A DNA stretch of 64,000 bases from an uncultured Candidatus Saccharibacteria bacterium (GTDB lineage Bacteria; Patescibacteriota; Minisyncoccia; Phycocordibacterales; Phycocordibacteraceae). The notes under the pieces were generated by a model. That model was given only the letters and a program-made list of their open reading frames with translations. It had not been told where the DNA came from and did not search any database. How positions within the stretch are numbered: position 1 is the stretch's first letter; each line of letters starts with the position of its first letter. This document shows positions 46,326-56,313 of the stretch, piece after piece. The DNA is taken from the NCBI GenBank assembly GCA_964357395.1, contig CAYHLC010000001.1:119599-183598 (forward strand), read 5' to 3'. The translations under genes were made by a program, and so were the position numbers.

Positions 46326-46619
46326 ATGGGAAAGTTTGATATCAAGAACGAAAACCACCTCGGCATGTTGGGTGAGGTTATGGAGGTCACCAAGCCGCAT
46401 TACTGGTACGCAATTGCGATAGCCGCTGCCGGTGCTGCAGCTGGCTGGGCCTTTACCGGCGGAGAGCCAGGGGGACCACTTGTTGGTGGGGTAGGAAGCG
46501 GACTCCTCGGTCTACTCGCCATCCATTTTATGAAGCGCGCGAATACGATCGCAGCGATTGACGTGATATTGGAAGCGAATCCGGACATGATAGACGAACT
46601 GAAAGAAAACCCGGCATAG
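46326..46619 (+). CDS. Small Gly-zipper two-TM protein
   Basis: MGKFDIKNENHLG...; TTGACA-17-TACTCT promoter, ATG 7 nt after. Confidence 0.7.
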   Translation: MGKFDIKNENHLGMLGEVMEVTKPHYWYAIAIAAAGAAAGWAFTGGEPGGPLVGGVGSGLLGLLAIHFMKRANTIAAIDVILEANPDMIDELKENPA

Positions 46620-46646
46620 ACCGGGTTTTCTTTTTTCTCGCTGACT

Positions 46647-47750
46647 TTATTTCTTCGCCTTGGTGAAGGAGAGCGTCATGCGATGCTCCTTCGGCTCGAA
46701 GAGGGTAATAGCAAAGGTGTAGGTCTTGCCGAGAGAGAGCGCCTCGCGGAGCTTTGCCTCCGACTCGAACTCTGATACATGCACCAAGCCCGCGACTCCT
46801 TCCTCAATAGAGGCGAGCGCACCGTACTTGTTGTACTTGATGATAGCGGCATTCACCGTGTCGTCCTTCTTGTACTTCGTGCTTGCTGTGACCCATGGGT
46901 CCTCAGAAAGCTGCTTCAGGGAGAGCGAGATCTTACCGTCCTTGATATCAATGACCTTGACCTTGACCTCCTCGCCGACCTTGGCAAAGACGCGCGGGTC
47001 CTCCACCAAGCCCCAGTCGATTTCTGAGATGTGGACCAAGCCCTCCAAGCCCTCGCGTACCTTAACAAAGATACCGAAGTCCACGATGCCAGTTACAGTT
47101 CCCTCCAACACGTCGCCGACTGTGTAGTCGCCGGCCAAGACCTCCTTGCCACCGTCGCCACCACCGCGCTCGCTGAAGATCAGCTTGCCCTCACGTGGAT
47201 CGGCAGTAATAATAGAGACCTGCAGTGTCTGTCCGATCAACTTCTTCAGTTCGTCCAGAATCAAATGCTTCTCGCCGCCAGTGACGCGCGGGTAGTGCTC
47301 GGGCTTCAGTTGCGATGCGGGGAGGAAACCTTGGATACCCTGCCATGCAATGATGAGGCCACCCTTGTTGGCGTCCTTGACCATGAGGTCGAACACGGTG
47401 CCACCTGCGATCGCCTTTTCCGCGTCGCCCCAGATCATCGCCTGGCGAGCTTCCTTTAGTGAGAGCTCGATATAGCCCTCCTTATTAGAGGTGCGTACGA
47501 CCTTGGCTGACACAGTGTCGCCGAGTGCAACCTTCTTCAGCACATCACGCGCTGAGAGGTACTCCTTGCCGTAAATAATACCGGTGCCGAATGGGGGCAG
47601 GTCGATATACACCTTGCCTGACTGCAGGGCGATAACGGGACCCTCGAGCGTGTCGCCCACAACGGGCGGATTAGCGGACTCCCCTAACAGGGTGTCCATG
47701 AGCGTCGGCTCCTTAACTTCCTCTACTTTCTTAGATGCTTTTTTAGCCAT
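46647..47750 (-). CDS. rpsA: 30S ribosomal protein bS1 (four S1 domains)
   Basis: IQGFLPASQL, DFGIFV...EGLVHISEI, AGLVHVSE. Confidence 0.92.
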   Translation of the reverse strand: MAKKASKKVEEVKEPTLMDTLLGESANPPVVGDTLEGPVIALQSGKVYIDLPPFGTGIIYGKEYLSARDVLKKVALGDTVSAKVVRTSNKEGYIELSLKEARQAMIWGDAEKAIAGGTVFDLMVKDANKGGLIIAWQGIQGFLPASQLKPEHYPRVTGGEKHLILDELKKLIGQTLQVSIITADPREGKLIFSERGGGDGGKEVLAGDYTVGDVLEGTVTGIVDFGIFVKVREGLEGLVHISEIDWGLVEDPRVFAKVGEEVKVKVIDIKDGKISLSLKQLSEDPWVTASTKYKKDDTVNAAIIKYNKYGALASIEEGVAGLVHVSEFESEAKLREALSLGKTYTFAITLFEPKEHRMTLSFTKAKK

Positions 47751-47933
47751 GAACCAGTAATCAGGGCGGGTATCCGATGCGTTACCGCAAAGGAGGGTTA
47801 TTCCGTCCCAAAGTGATTGGTATCTGAGGAGCATAGCACGCTGCGCGTGCCCACTCAAGCTGGGCAGTATCTGTCAGAATCCCGGGTTTCTGACATATTT
47901 GACAGGCAGGGGGTGGAACGTACCATAAGCGGT

Positions 47934-48182
47934 ATGGCCGAGGAACCGCCCTTAACGAAGCAGGAGATGGAAGCGGCTACGCGCTTTGTGATTCGTTGCC
48001 TCACCCTTGTTGCCGGGGTATACCTCGCGCTCCAGGTCGCGCACGAGTATGAGTTTCTGCCGGACTTTATTGATTTTGGCTCATTCGAATCCCCGTGGTG
48101 GAGGTTCGCACTCATTGTATTCGGTGCTGGTCTCGTGACTGGAGGAAGGGGGAAGCGAGGCGGCACTACTCCGAACCCCTAG
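47934..48182 (+). CDS. Small two-TM protein
   Basis: MAEEPPLTKQE...; TTGACA-16-TACCAT promoter; long hairpin 48186-48216 after stop. Confidence 0.7.
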   Translation: MAEEPPLTKQEMEAATRFVIRCLTLVAGVYLALQVAHEYEFLPDFIDFGSFESPWWRFALIVFGAGLVTGGRGKRGGTTPNP

Positions 48183-48256
48183 CTTAAACAGCCCGAGGTC
48201 GGACCTCGGGCTGTTTGCAGGTTTGACATGGCTAGGGCGTAGCGCATAATGGCGGC

Positions 48257-48397
48257 ATGGCAGGATTCGAGAATGCACCAAATAGACTTGAGGGTAGCGT
48301 TTGGTGCTCGGGGTGCACATCTCGCGTAAGTGCTTTTTCATTGGACGGTGGACAAAGCTGGACCAAGTATGTGCACTCGCCTTGCGACGATGAATAG
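48257..48397 (+). CDS. 46-aa CxxC...HxxC metal-binding microprotein
   Basis: MAGFENAPNRLEGSVWCSGCTSRVSAFSLDGGQSWTKYVHSPCDDE; TTGACA-16-CATAAT-6-ATG. Confidence 0.7.
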   Translation: MAGFENAPNRLEGSVWCSGCTSRVSAFSLDGGQSWTKYVHSPCDDE

Positions 48398-48422
48398 CAC
48401 CAACCTCTGATATACTCGACGC

Positions 48423-49046
48423 ATGGTTATACAGAAAGTAGGAGGGTACTGCTTCAAGATCTCTGCAGGTCCAGTCACGGTGGCACTCAACCCGCCAGGG
48501 ACAAAGAGCAAGCTGAAGGTCAACAAGTTCGGATCGAACTTGGTGATGATTGCCGTGCGGAACGATGATTGGGATGGAGCGGAGACAGCGAGCCACGGGG
48601 ACAAGGAGCCGTTCGTCATCTCGGGCCCCGGTGCATACGAGGTAGGCGATATCACGGTGTCCGGCTTTGCAACTGCAACTGACTATGATGGCCACAAGGA
48701 AGTGGGGAACACGGCGTACGTATTTGAGATGGACGGCATCAAGGTACTCGCGCTCGGTGCGATATCGAATGGAAAATTGCCGCAGGACCTGCGCGCCGAG
48801 CTCGACGATATCGGCATCGTGCTTGTCCCGGTTGGCGACGGTACCCTAGATCCGAAAGCCGCGCACGAGCTGGTGGTGGCCTTGGAGCCCAAAATCATAA
48901 TCCCGTACGGAGTCGGCAAGGATGGCGACGCTGCCGTTAAGGCCTTCTGCAAGGCCGAGGGCGAGAGTCCAAAGGAGGAGGAAAAGCTCACCATTCGCGC
49001 TAAAGAAGTCCAAGAAAAGGACGGCGACGTAGTACTATTGGCGTAA
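48423..49046 (+). CDS. MBL-fold (Lactamase_B_3-like) protein with degenerate metal site
   Basis: GGYCFKI, ISGPGAYEVG, NTAYVFEMDG, LVPVG, LEPKIIIP; HxHxDH replaced by AVRNDDW. Confidence 0.75.
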   Translation: MVIQKVGGYCFKISAGPVTVALNPPGTKSKLKVNKFGSNLVMIAVRNDDWDGAETASHGDKEPFVISGPGAYEVGDITVSGFATATDYDGHKEVGNTAYVFEMDGIKVLALGAISNGKLPQDLRAELDDIGIVLVPVGDGTLDPKAAHELVVALEPKIIIPYGVGKDGDAAVKAFCKAEGESPKEEEKLTIRAKEVQEKDGDVVLLA

Positions 49047-49240
49047 TGTTCCTCAGTTATATAGAGCGACTGCGCGGGGAGCCGCCAGAGGTGCGGCGGC
49101 AGGCAGTCTTTTGGCTGACGACATGGATCGTCGCAATTATCGTGCTTATATATGTGGCGTATCTCTTTTTGGTCCCATCCTTTATGCCGACAGCTGAGCC
49201 AGAAAACCTCATAACCCCGCCATACCAAGCCACAAATTAG
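49046..49240 (+). CDS. Small single-TM protein
   Basis: YIERLR..PPEVRR...TM; coupled to upstream gene. Confidence 0.7.
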   Translation: MFLSYIERLRGEPPEVRRQAVFWLTTWIVAIIVLIYVAYLFLVPSFMPTAEPENLITPPYQATN

Positions 49241-49278
49241 GCTGATTTTTTGGTCATTGTGTGATAAAATGAGAGGAT

Positions 49279-51762
49279 ATGGCCCGTAAAAAGGGAGACG
49301 ATTCTGTTGACTCTACCGAGGCGGAGGGGGCACCCGAGCGCATAAATGTTATCTCGCAATCGATCACGGATGAGATGCGTAAGTCGTACCTCGACTACGC
49401 GATGTCCGTTATCACCAGCCGCGCCCTCCCAGACGTGCGCGACGGACTAAAGCCGGTGCATCGCCGCATCCTCTACGCCATGCACGACATGGGCCTCACC
49501 TCGAGTGCCAAGTTCCGCAAGTCAGCAACGGTGGTGGGAGAGGTCTTGGGTAAGTACCACCCGCACGGCGACACGGCTGTGTATGACGCCCTGGCAAAGT
49601 TGGTACAAGACTTCACCACCCGCTATCCACTCATCCTCGGGCAAGGCAACTTTGGGTCACTCGACGGCGACAGTCCCGCTGCGATGCGTTACACCGAGGC
49701 CAAGATGTCTGCGGTTTCGGGCGAGCTCTTGAGGGACTTGGAAAAGGAGACTGTCTCGTGGCGCCCCAACTACGACTCGAGTAGGAAGGAGCCGGAGGTA
49801 TTGCCTGCAGCGGCGCCAAATATACTACTGAACGGAACTTTGGGTATCGCCGTTGGTATGGCGACCAACATGCCTCCGCACAACCTCACCGAAGTGGGGG
49901 ACGCGACGACACATCTTATCGACAACCCCGACGCTGACACCGACGATCTACTCGGATTCATCAAGGGTCCCGACTTCCCAACTGGCGCAGTCGCCTTCAA
50001 CCAAGCTGATATCAAGCATGCGTACACCAGCGGTCGTGGGCCTGTGGTTGTGCGCGGCGAGGCAGAGATAACCGAAGACAAAAAGGGCAACAGCATCATC
50101 GTCATCACCTCTATCCCATACCGCGTCAACAAGGCGGACCTCATAGTCAAGATGGCCGACCTGGTGCGCGAAAAGAAGTTGGAAGGTATTCGCGATATCC
50201 GCGACGAGTCGACCAAGGACGTCCGCATTGTTATCGAGATCAAGAACAACGCACAGCCGCAGGCGGTCCTCAACTATCTCTACAAACACACACAGCTCGA
50301 GGAGGCATTCCACTACAACATGGTCCTCCTCGTTGATGGCGTCCCCGAGACGCTCTCCCTCTCGGGCATACTCGGGAACTTTATCGAGCACCGCAAGGTA
50401 GTTATTAAGCGTCGAACTGAGTACGATCTCAAGATTGCCAAGGCTCGCGAGCACATCCTTCTCGGACTCAGTAAGGCGCTCGACCATATCGACGAGATCA
50501 TCAAGCTCATCAAGGCAGCCAAGGATGTCCCCGCAGCCCAGCTTGCACTCATGACCAAGTTCAAGTTCTCTGAGCTACAGGCCAATGCGATTTTGGAGAT
50601 GCGCCTCTCGAAGCTGGCTGGCCTTGAGCGCAAAAAGATTGAGGACGAGCTGAAGGCGGTGCAAGCGCTCATCAAGGAATTAGAGGAGATACTCTCGTCG
50701 GCAAAAAAGATATTGGCCGTGGTTAAGAAGGAGCTGGTCGCGCTGAAAGAGAAGTTCGGTGACGACAGGCGTACCAAGATCGTCAAGGGCGGCGTCAAGA
50801 ACATGAGTCAGGAGGATTTGGTTGCAGACGAGGCAGCGATGCTCACCCTCACTTCGTCTGGCTATATCAAGCGCACCAACCCTGGTGAGTACAAGAAGCA
50901 GAACCGCGGTGGTGTAGGCGTCATCGACCTCAACACGAAGGACGAGGACTTCGTCACGCTCTTTTTGGAAGCGTCGACGCACGACCATGTGCTGTTCTTC
51001 TCTGACAAAGGCAAGGTGTATCAGACACGCATGTTCGACATCCCTGAGGGGCGCCGCGCTACGAAGGGCAAGTCTATTATGAATGTGCTCCCGCTCTCGC
51101 AGGAAGAGAAGATCACCTCCGTCGTGACCATGCCAAAGGATATGAAGTCGAAGGCTGAGGCAACCGCATTTATGCTGGTAACCGAAAAGGGCGTCGCAAA
51201 GAAGGTGAAGGCGGACCAGTTTGGCGAAGTACGCCGCTCGGGCATCATCGCTATGACTTTACAGACAGGGGATAGGCTCATCGCCGCGCTCCCCGTTATG
51301 AAGAGCGACACCGTGATGCTCACCACCTCCGGCGGACAGGCAATACGATTCAAAGAGAGCGACATCCGGGAGATGGGCCGCACTGCGGCGGGCGTACGCG
51401 CTATGAAGGTGGGCGGCAAGGGTATGATCGTCGGCGCTGATGTGGTACGGAACGAAGCTGAGTCAGACTTTGTAGTGCTTACCGACAAGGGCTACGGCAA
51501 GAAAACAAAAGTGAAGGAGTACAAAGTTCAAGGCCGCGGCGGCTCCGGTATCAAGACGGCTAACGTAACAGCAAAGACGGGCCCCGTCATCGCTGGACGC
51601 GTCGTCACACCCGCAATGATGGAGATAATCGTCGCGTCGCAAAAGGGGCAGGTGATCCGCACAGAACTAAAGCAGGTGCCGTGCCTCTCCCGCGCGACGC
51701 AAGGAGTGCGTATCATGAAGCTCTACGAAGGGGACAAGCTGGCCGCCTTCACCGCGTTTTAG
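49279..51762 (+). CDS. gyrA: DNA gyrase subunit A
   Basis: [23 protein letters not shown], GyrA box QNRGGVG. Confidence 0.98.
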   Translation: MARKKGDDSVDSTEAEGAPERINVISQSITDEMRKSYLDYAMSVITSRALPDVRDGLKPVHRRILYAMHDMGLTSSAKFRKSATVVGEVLGKYHPHGDTAVYDALAKLVQDFTTRYPLILGQGNFGSLDGDSPAAMRYTEAKMSAVSGELLRDLEKETVSWRPNYDSSRKEPEVLPAAAPNILLNGTLGIAVGMATNMPPHNLTEVGDATTHLIDNPDADTDDLLGFIKGPDFPTGAVAFNQADIKHAYTSGRGPVVVRGEAEITEDKKGNSIIVITSIPYRVNKADLIVKMADLVREKKLEGIRDIRDESTKDVRIVIEIKNNAQPQAVLNYLYKHTQLEEAFHYNMVLLVDGVPETLSLSGILGNFIEHRKVVIKRRTEYDLKIAKAREHILLGLSKALDHIDEIIKLIKAAKDVPAAQLALMTKFKFSELQANAILEMRLSKLAGLERKKIEDELKAVQALIKELEEILSSAKKILAVVKKELVALKEKFGDDRRTKIVKGGVKNMSQEDLVADEAAMLTLTSSGYIKRTNPGEYKKQNRGGVGVIDLNTKDEDFVTLFLEASTHDHVLFFSDKGKVYQTRMFDIPEGRRATKGKSIMNVLPLSQEEKITSVVTMPKDMKSKAEATAFMLVTEKGVAKKVKADQFGEVRRSGIIAMTLQTGDRLIAALPVMKSDTVMLTTSGGQAIRFKESDIREMGRTAAGVRAMKVGGKGMIVGADVVRNEAESDFVVLTDKGYGKKTKVKEYKVQGRGGSGIKTANVTAKTGPVIAGRVVTPAMMEIIVASQKGQVIRTELKQVPCLSRATQGVRIMKLYEGDKLAAFTAF

Positions 51763-52083
51763 TGCAACTGTATGGCAAGAATGTTTGAGGGGCTAGGCAA
51801 GTACCTAGACAATGCCGAGAAGGAAGGGAAGATAACACCACAAGAGCGGTGGCGCTTGGGTGTGTTGTATACCGCAGGCATTGGCTTGGTGCTGACTTCG
51901 ATAGTCGGGCATGTTGTAGAGATGGGCCTTAAGGACGCTGAGTATACGGATCTGATCCCGCACATGTATATCGACCTAGCGGGCCTTGCGGGCGCGGTGA
52001 CCTGGACAGGTGCAGCACTCTACTTTATTGCCGCACTTTCAAAGAAGAAGAATTAGCTCCTGCCGCCTTCACCGCGTTCTAGT
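51742..52083 (+). repeat. 22-bp direct repeat of the gyrA 3' end (51742-51763, 52062-52083)
   Basis: GCCGCCTTCACCGCGTT(T/C)TAGT, 21/22 identical, 320 bp apart. Confidence 0.85.
51772..52056 (+). CDS. Small two-TM protein, paralog of 52118-52408
   Basis: FEGLGKYLDNAEKEGKITPQER then two TMs. Confidence 0.75.
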   Translation: MARMFEGLGKYLDNAEKEGKITPQERWRLGVLYTAGIGLVLTSIVGHVVEMGLKDAEYTDLIPHMYIDLAGLAGAVTWTGAALYFIAALSKKKN

Positions 52084-52117
52084 TGACAGTGGCAGCGCGT
52101 CGATGTATGGTTCCTGC

Positions 52118-52408
52118 ATGAAAGGACCATTCGAATACCTCAACAGCCACCTCCAGAAGACTGAGGACGCTGGCCTCATTACCCCAAGTGAGCGAGGTAT
52201 TATTGTGTGGGGCGCTATCCTCGGCATAACTGCCGGCTTAACAGGTTCAGTAGGGGCTGCAGATAAGTTCTTTAAGCTCGGCATTTTCGATAAAGCAACT
52301 GATCAAACACTCTCAGAGATTGCTATTGCTGGGTACTCAGTCGCCGCACTCTCAATGATTTCCGCCGTGTATTTTATCCTCCGTAATAATGGTGGTCAGA
52401 ATAAGTAG
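52118..52408 (+). CDS. Small two-TM protein, paralog of 51772-52056
   Basis: FEYLNSHLQKTEDAGLITPSER; TTGACA-17-TATGGT-6-ATG. Confidence 0.75.
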   Translation: MKGPFEYLNSHLQKTEDAGLITPSERGIIVWGAILGITAGLTGSVGAADKFFKLGIFDKATDQTLSEIAIAGYSVAALSMISAVYFILRNNGGQNK

Positions 52409-52431
52409 CCGAGTTCGCTACTAGGGCAACT

Positions 52432-52758
52432 ATGGCAGAGGGAATTATTGACAATACGGCGTATTCCGAGGCGGCACGCATTGAGGTGTCCAGCAATATA
52501 TACATGCGGCAGGTGGCAGTCGCAGTGGGACTCACGTTGCTTGCAGATTTCATTCTCTATACCTGGAGCATGGGTGGGGCAGTTGGTGCAGTGGGCAAGG
52601 AAGCTGCGCTAGAGGCGTTCTATTTTCGGGCGGCTGTTGTTAACGCAGCTATTCTGATCCCCACAACGATCGTAGCGGGTGCGGGCCACCGCATGCGAAA
52701 GCGTGGAATCATGGGGCCGGCAGAAAAGCCTGAGAAAAAGAACGAGGACGAAGGCTAG
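52432..52758 (+). CDS. Small two-TM hypothetical protein
   Basis: 108 aa, two hydrophobic segments, charged tail. Confidence 0.7.
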   Translation: MAEGIIDNTAYSEAARIEVSSNIYMRQVAVAVGLTLLADFILYTWSMGGAVGAVGKEAALEAFYFRAAVVNAAILIPTTIVAGAGHRMRKRGIMGPAEKPEKKNEDEG

Positions 52759-52800
52759 TGGAATTTGCTTTTTGCTAAACTTTGTGTCATTATATTAGAT

Positions 52801-53184
52801 ATGGGTGGCTTTGTATCAGGCACTGAGCGTACGAAAAAACGAGTAAAGCGGGAGACTCGACACACACTGAAGAGTAGAACTGTGCTCTTGTGTGGCGCTC
52901 TCGTAGCGCTTGGGTTCCCTGGCTATCTACTGTATGTAGACGGCCCTGCGGTCGCTTGGCTCCTCTCTACGTCTGCGATGGAAAAGTTTTTTATTCTTGA
53001 CGTTAATGTCCAGTTCGGATTGTTGGTGGCGGCCGGATTTGGGGCTCTTGCCATTCTCAGTCGAATTCTCGGCCCGCGCACCAGCTCGAGTCGCTACTAC
53101 GAAACGAGTACGCCCGAGAAGGCTCCAGATACGGAAGATGATGGGGTGCTCGAGCCGCCGCATTTCGTCAGGTGGTACGACTAG
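52801..53184 (+). CDS. Small two-TM hypothetical protein
   Basis: Basic N-terminus, two TMs, acidic tail. Confidence 0.65.
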   Translation: MGGFVSGTERTKKRVKRETRHTLKSRTVLLCGALVALGFPGYLLYVDGPAVAWLLSTSAMEKFFILDVNVQFGLLVAAGFGALAILSRILGPRTSSSRYYETSTPEKAPDTEDDGVLEPPHFVRWYD

Positions 53185-53228
53185 TAACAAGCCGCAGAAG
53201 CGGGGATTTTCATTGGTACAATATGGGG

Positions 53229-53759
53229 ATGTTACTCGCGGACCCGCGTGAGGTCTTAAAGTTCGTGACGCTGCGCCCCGGCTACCGGGTTGCAGACTTT
53301 GGTGCGGGCTCTGGCGCGTACACATCGGTACTCCTCGAGCGTATTGGTACGGAGGGGAAGGTGTACGCCTTGGACGCGCTGCCGCAGTCCTTGGAGCGGA
53401 TACGCCACAGCGCTGAGGGGAGCGGCAAGAAGTGTATGACCTTGAACTGCGAGTTCGAGTCGGCGCTGCCAATGAAGGAAAACTTGTTGGACCTCGCCAT
53501 TCTTGCTAACACGCTACACCATGTCGACCCGCACGCGCGGCAGAGCTTCGTGTCGGAGTTGGCGCGCGTCGTTGTGCCAGGTGGTGAGGTCCTGATTGTT
53601 GATTGGGCAGGGTCGTTCAATAACATGGGGCCGGCGCGCTCGATGATCGTCACTCCCGTAGATGCGGTACGACTCTTCCGCGCATCAGGTTTCAACACTG
53701 GCGACATGCTCCCCGCGGGTACACACCAGTACGCATTCGTAGCCACTTTGCCAAGGTAG
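53229..53759 (+). CDS. Class I SAM-dependent methyltransferase
   Basis: VADFGAGSG, GKVYALD, RVVVPGGEVLIVDW. Confidence 0.88.
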   Translation: MLLADPREVLKFVTLRPGYRVADFGAGSGAYTSVLLERIGTEGKVYALDALPQSLERIRHSAEGSGKKCMTLNCEFESALPMKENLLDLAILANTLHHVDPHARQSFVSELARVVVPGGEVLIVDWAGSFNNMGPARSMIVTPVDAVRLFRASGFNTGDMLPAGTHQYAFVATLPR

Positions 53760-53779
53760 AATAAAGTAGAAAGACGTAG

Positions 53780-55069
53780 ATGAAACCATTTCAGGCGGCA
53801 GTACTCGGAATCTTCCTCTTCCTCGCCTTGGTTGGCGTCTTTGTGTTTGCCACCTTTACCTCCTCACGCCAGGATGCTATCGGTGAGGTGGTCATCTGGG
53901 GCTCCTTGCCGCAGGACATTGTGGACGACCTCCTTACTATTGTGCGCGGAACACGAGATGATTTTAATGGAGTGACGTATCGCGATTTTACTAAGGAAGA
54001 GCTAATGCCGACCCTGGTGCAGGCTATCGCCTCGGGCCGCGGGCCGGACCTCATACTCTTCCCGTCCTCTGCGTTTGTTAAGGATGGCGACAAGCTGCAA
54101 CCTATTTCCTACAGCACCGTGCCCCGCAGGACCTTTCAAGACACCTTTGTCGAGGCAGGCGAGATATTCCTCACCGCAGAGGGCATCGCTGCGCTTCCCA
54201 TGACTATCGATCCAACGGTTATGTACTGGAACCGCACCATGTTTGCAAACGCAAGTATTGCGCGTCCACCAAAGTATTGGGACGAACTTGCAACACAGGC
54301 GCCAAAGTTGACTAAGAAGCAGCCGAACGGATCTCTCATAACAAGCGCGGCTCCGCTCGGCAGCTGGGACAACGCGACTCATCCTAAGGAAATATTGGTA
54401 ACGCTGCTACGCCAGCTCGGCACTACGGTTATTACTCGCGATGAGGAGGGGCTGTATCGCAATGTACTAGCGGGTACGAATGATGCGGAGGTGTCACCTG
54501 CAGAGTCTGCCATCCACTACCTGGTAGACTTTGCAGACCCCGTTAAGCCGAACTATAGCTGGAACCGATCGCAGAAGAACGCCAGGGACGCGTTCCTCGC
54601 TGGCACTCTCGCGCTCTACTTCGGGCCAGCGTCCGAGCTGCTCTCCATCCGTGAGTCGAACCCGAACCTTAACTTTGATGTCGCACCTATGCCGATAGCC
54701 CGTGGGGGCGGCGAGGGAGTCTATGCCGACGTGGAGGCACTCGCGGTGCCGCGAGGCGCGGCGAACCCTGGTGGAGCGACGGCAGTCGCACTCATCCTCG
54801 TATCAGCGCCGATATCGACCGAACTTGCCAAGGCGACACGCCTCCCATCACCCCGCCGCGATGTGCAGCTGGACGCATCCGCGGATCAATACTTAACCAC
54901 GTTCCGCGCATCGGCGCTCAAGGCGTTCGCATTCATGGACCCAGACCCGAGTGCCTCGAGTGCGATATTTAGTCGTATGATCGATAATGTTGCCTCGGGC
55001 CGCTCGCGTATATCCGAGGCCATCCGAGCTGCGGATGAAGAGTTGCGAGTCCTTATTCGGGTGCAATAA
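53780..55069 (+). CDS. Extracellular solute-binding protein (family 1-like)
   Basis: N-terminal anchor, VIWG, ASGRGPD, MYWNRTMF, PPKYWDE, NPNLNFDVAPMP. Confidence 0.85.
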   Translation: MKPFQAAVLGIFLFLALVGVFVFATFTSSRQDAIGEVVIWGSLPQDIVDDLLTIVRGTRDDFNGVTYRDFTKEELMPTLVQAIASGRGPDLILFPSSAFVKDGDKLQPISYSTVPRRTFQDTFVEAGEIFLTAEGIAALPMTIDPTVMYWNRTMFANASIARPPKYWDELATQAPKLTKKQPNGSLITSAAPLGSWDNATHPKEILVTLLRQLGTTVITRDEEGLYRNVLAGTNDAEVSPAESAIHYLVDFADPVKPNYSWNRSQKNARDAFLAGTLALYFGPASELLSIRESNPNLNFDVAPMPIARGGGEGVYADVEALAVPRGAANPGGATAVALILVSAPISTELAKATRLPSPRRDVQLDASADQYLTTFRASALKAFAFMDPDPSASSAIFSRMIDNVASGRSRISEAIRAADEELRVLIRVQ

Positions 55070-55076
55070 TGTGTCT

Positions 55077-55400
55077 ATGATCAAAAGAGCATTTGCACTC
55101 ATTGTGCCCACACTCCTCCTTTCGCCTATCGTGGCGCTCGCTGCACTTACGAACCCGCTGCAGACTGCGAGTCTCTCACAATTCCTCACGATGCTCCTGC
55201 GACTCGTTGCAGAGATAGCCTCGCCGATCATCGTCCTTATGATTGTGTACATCGGCTTCCTGTTCATTACCGCGCAGGGCAATCCGGATAAGCTGAAGAA
55301 GGCCAGAGAGTACTTCCTCTGGGCTATGATCGGCGCCTTGCTCGTCCTTGGCGCGTACGCACTCTCGCTCGCTATCGAAGGGACCGTAAGCCAACTCTAG
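55077..55400 (+). CDS. TrbC/VirB2-like pilin
   Basis: Signal peptide, LTNPL, IVYIGFLFITAQGNPDKLKKAR...WAMIG. Confidence 0.8.
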   Translation: MIKRAFALIVPTLLLSPIVALAALTNPLQTASLSQFLTMLLRLVAEIASPIIVLMIVYIGFLFITAQGNPDKLKKAREYFLWAMIGALLVLGAYALSLAIEGTVSQL

Positions 55401-55401
55401 T

Positions 55402-55671
55402 ATGCCGCAAGTAGGACAAAAGCCAGAGAATCTGACAGAGCTCATACAGATGCTCACGAGCATCGTAGGAGCGTTCATCCCCGTTGCGGTCGGGTTCTGC
55501 GTTGTTGCTTTTGCATGGGGGCTGATGACCGTCCTGATGGATACGGACAACGCGGATAAGCGCAAAGAGGGCTCGAAACGTATGATCTGGAGTGTCCTCG
55601 CGCTCTTCGTCGTCCTCTCCCTTGGCGGCATCATTGAGATTCTGAAGGCCACACTACTTGGTGAACAATAA
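55402..55671 (+). CDS. TrbC/VirB2-like pilin
   Basis: FAWGL...DKRKEGSKRMIWSVLALFVVLSLGGII. Confidence 0.75.
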   Translation: MPQVGQKPENLTELIQMLTSIVGAFIPVAVGFCVVAFAWGLMTVLMDTDNADKRKEGSKRMIWSVLALFVVLSLGGIIEILKATLLGEQ

Positions 55672-55767
55672 GAGCTACGGCTATCCACACGGTACTCGCT
55701 TGGGGGTCTTGAGCGGGTAGCAGCAGGGTACACTGTAAGAAGTTAATAATATATTGATACTAATTAC

Positions 55768-56109
55768 ATGAACACGCTTTTGAAAGTTGGCTCTATTGCA
55801 TTCCTCGCGGCCCTCCCGGTTGCGGCGTTTGCAGATACATTAATCGATGTGGCAAACACTATCGGAGATATCGTCGGCATCGTAACGCCTATCGTCGTTG
55901 CTATCGCCCTCATCCTCTTCTTCTGGAACCTCGCTATGTACTTCATAGGCAAGGAGGAGGACAAGAAGAAGGCCGTCTCCGGCATGATCTACGGCGTCCT
56001 GATCCTCTTCGTCATGGTATCGATCTGGGGTATCGTCAACGTCTTGCAAGACACCTTTAACGTCGGTGGTACGCAGACGGTCACACCGCCTAACGTACAA
56101 GGCATCTAA
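55768..56109 (+). CDS. TrbC/VirB2-like pilin
   Basis: Signal ending VAAFA, FFWNL...EEDKKKAVSGMIYGVLILFVMVSIWGIV. Confidence 0.8.
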   Translation: MNTLLKVGSIAFLAALPVAAFADTLIDVANTIGDIVGIVTPIVVAIALILFFWNLAMYFIGKEEDKKKAVSGMIYGVLILFVMVSIWGIVNVLQDTFNVGGTQTVTPPNVQGI

Positions 56110-56114
56110 GTACT

Positions 56115-56312
56115 GTGGAGGATAGGAAGAGCATACTCGAGACCGTGAAGCCGAGTGACGCTCTAGTGCGCCTCGGCTCTCGGCAATCTGGATTCCGTAT
56201 GTGGGCGGTGGTCATAGCCGTGCTCTTCCTCTTTGGTGTTGTGATAGTTGCTGCAAGCATCTTTAACTCAACTGGTGCATCTAATGAGCCAGTACCATCA
56301 GTAAGTATCTAG
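56115..56312 (+). CDS. Small single-TM protein in pilin array
   Basis: 65 aa, RQSGFRMW then TM. Confidence 0.55.
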   Translation: MEDRKSILETVKPSDALVRLGSRQSGFRMWAVVIAVLFLFGVVIVAASIFNSTGASNEPVPSVSI

Positions 56313-56313
56313 T

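Noticed and set aside
55681-55689. DnaA box-like CTATCCACA
   Set aside because: Single imperfect copy with no origin context
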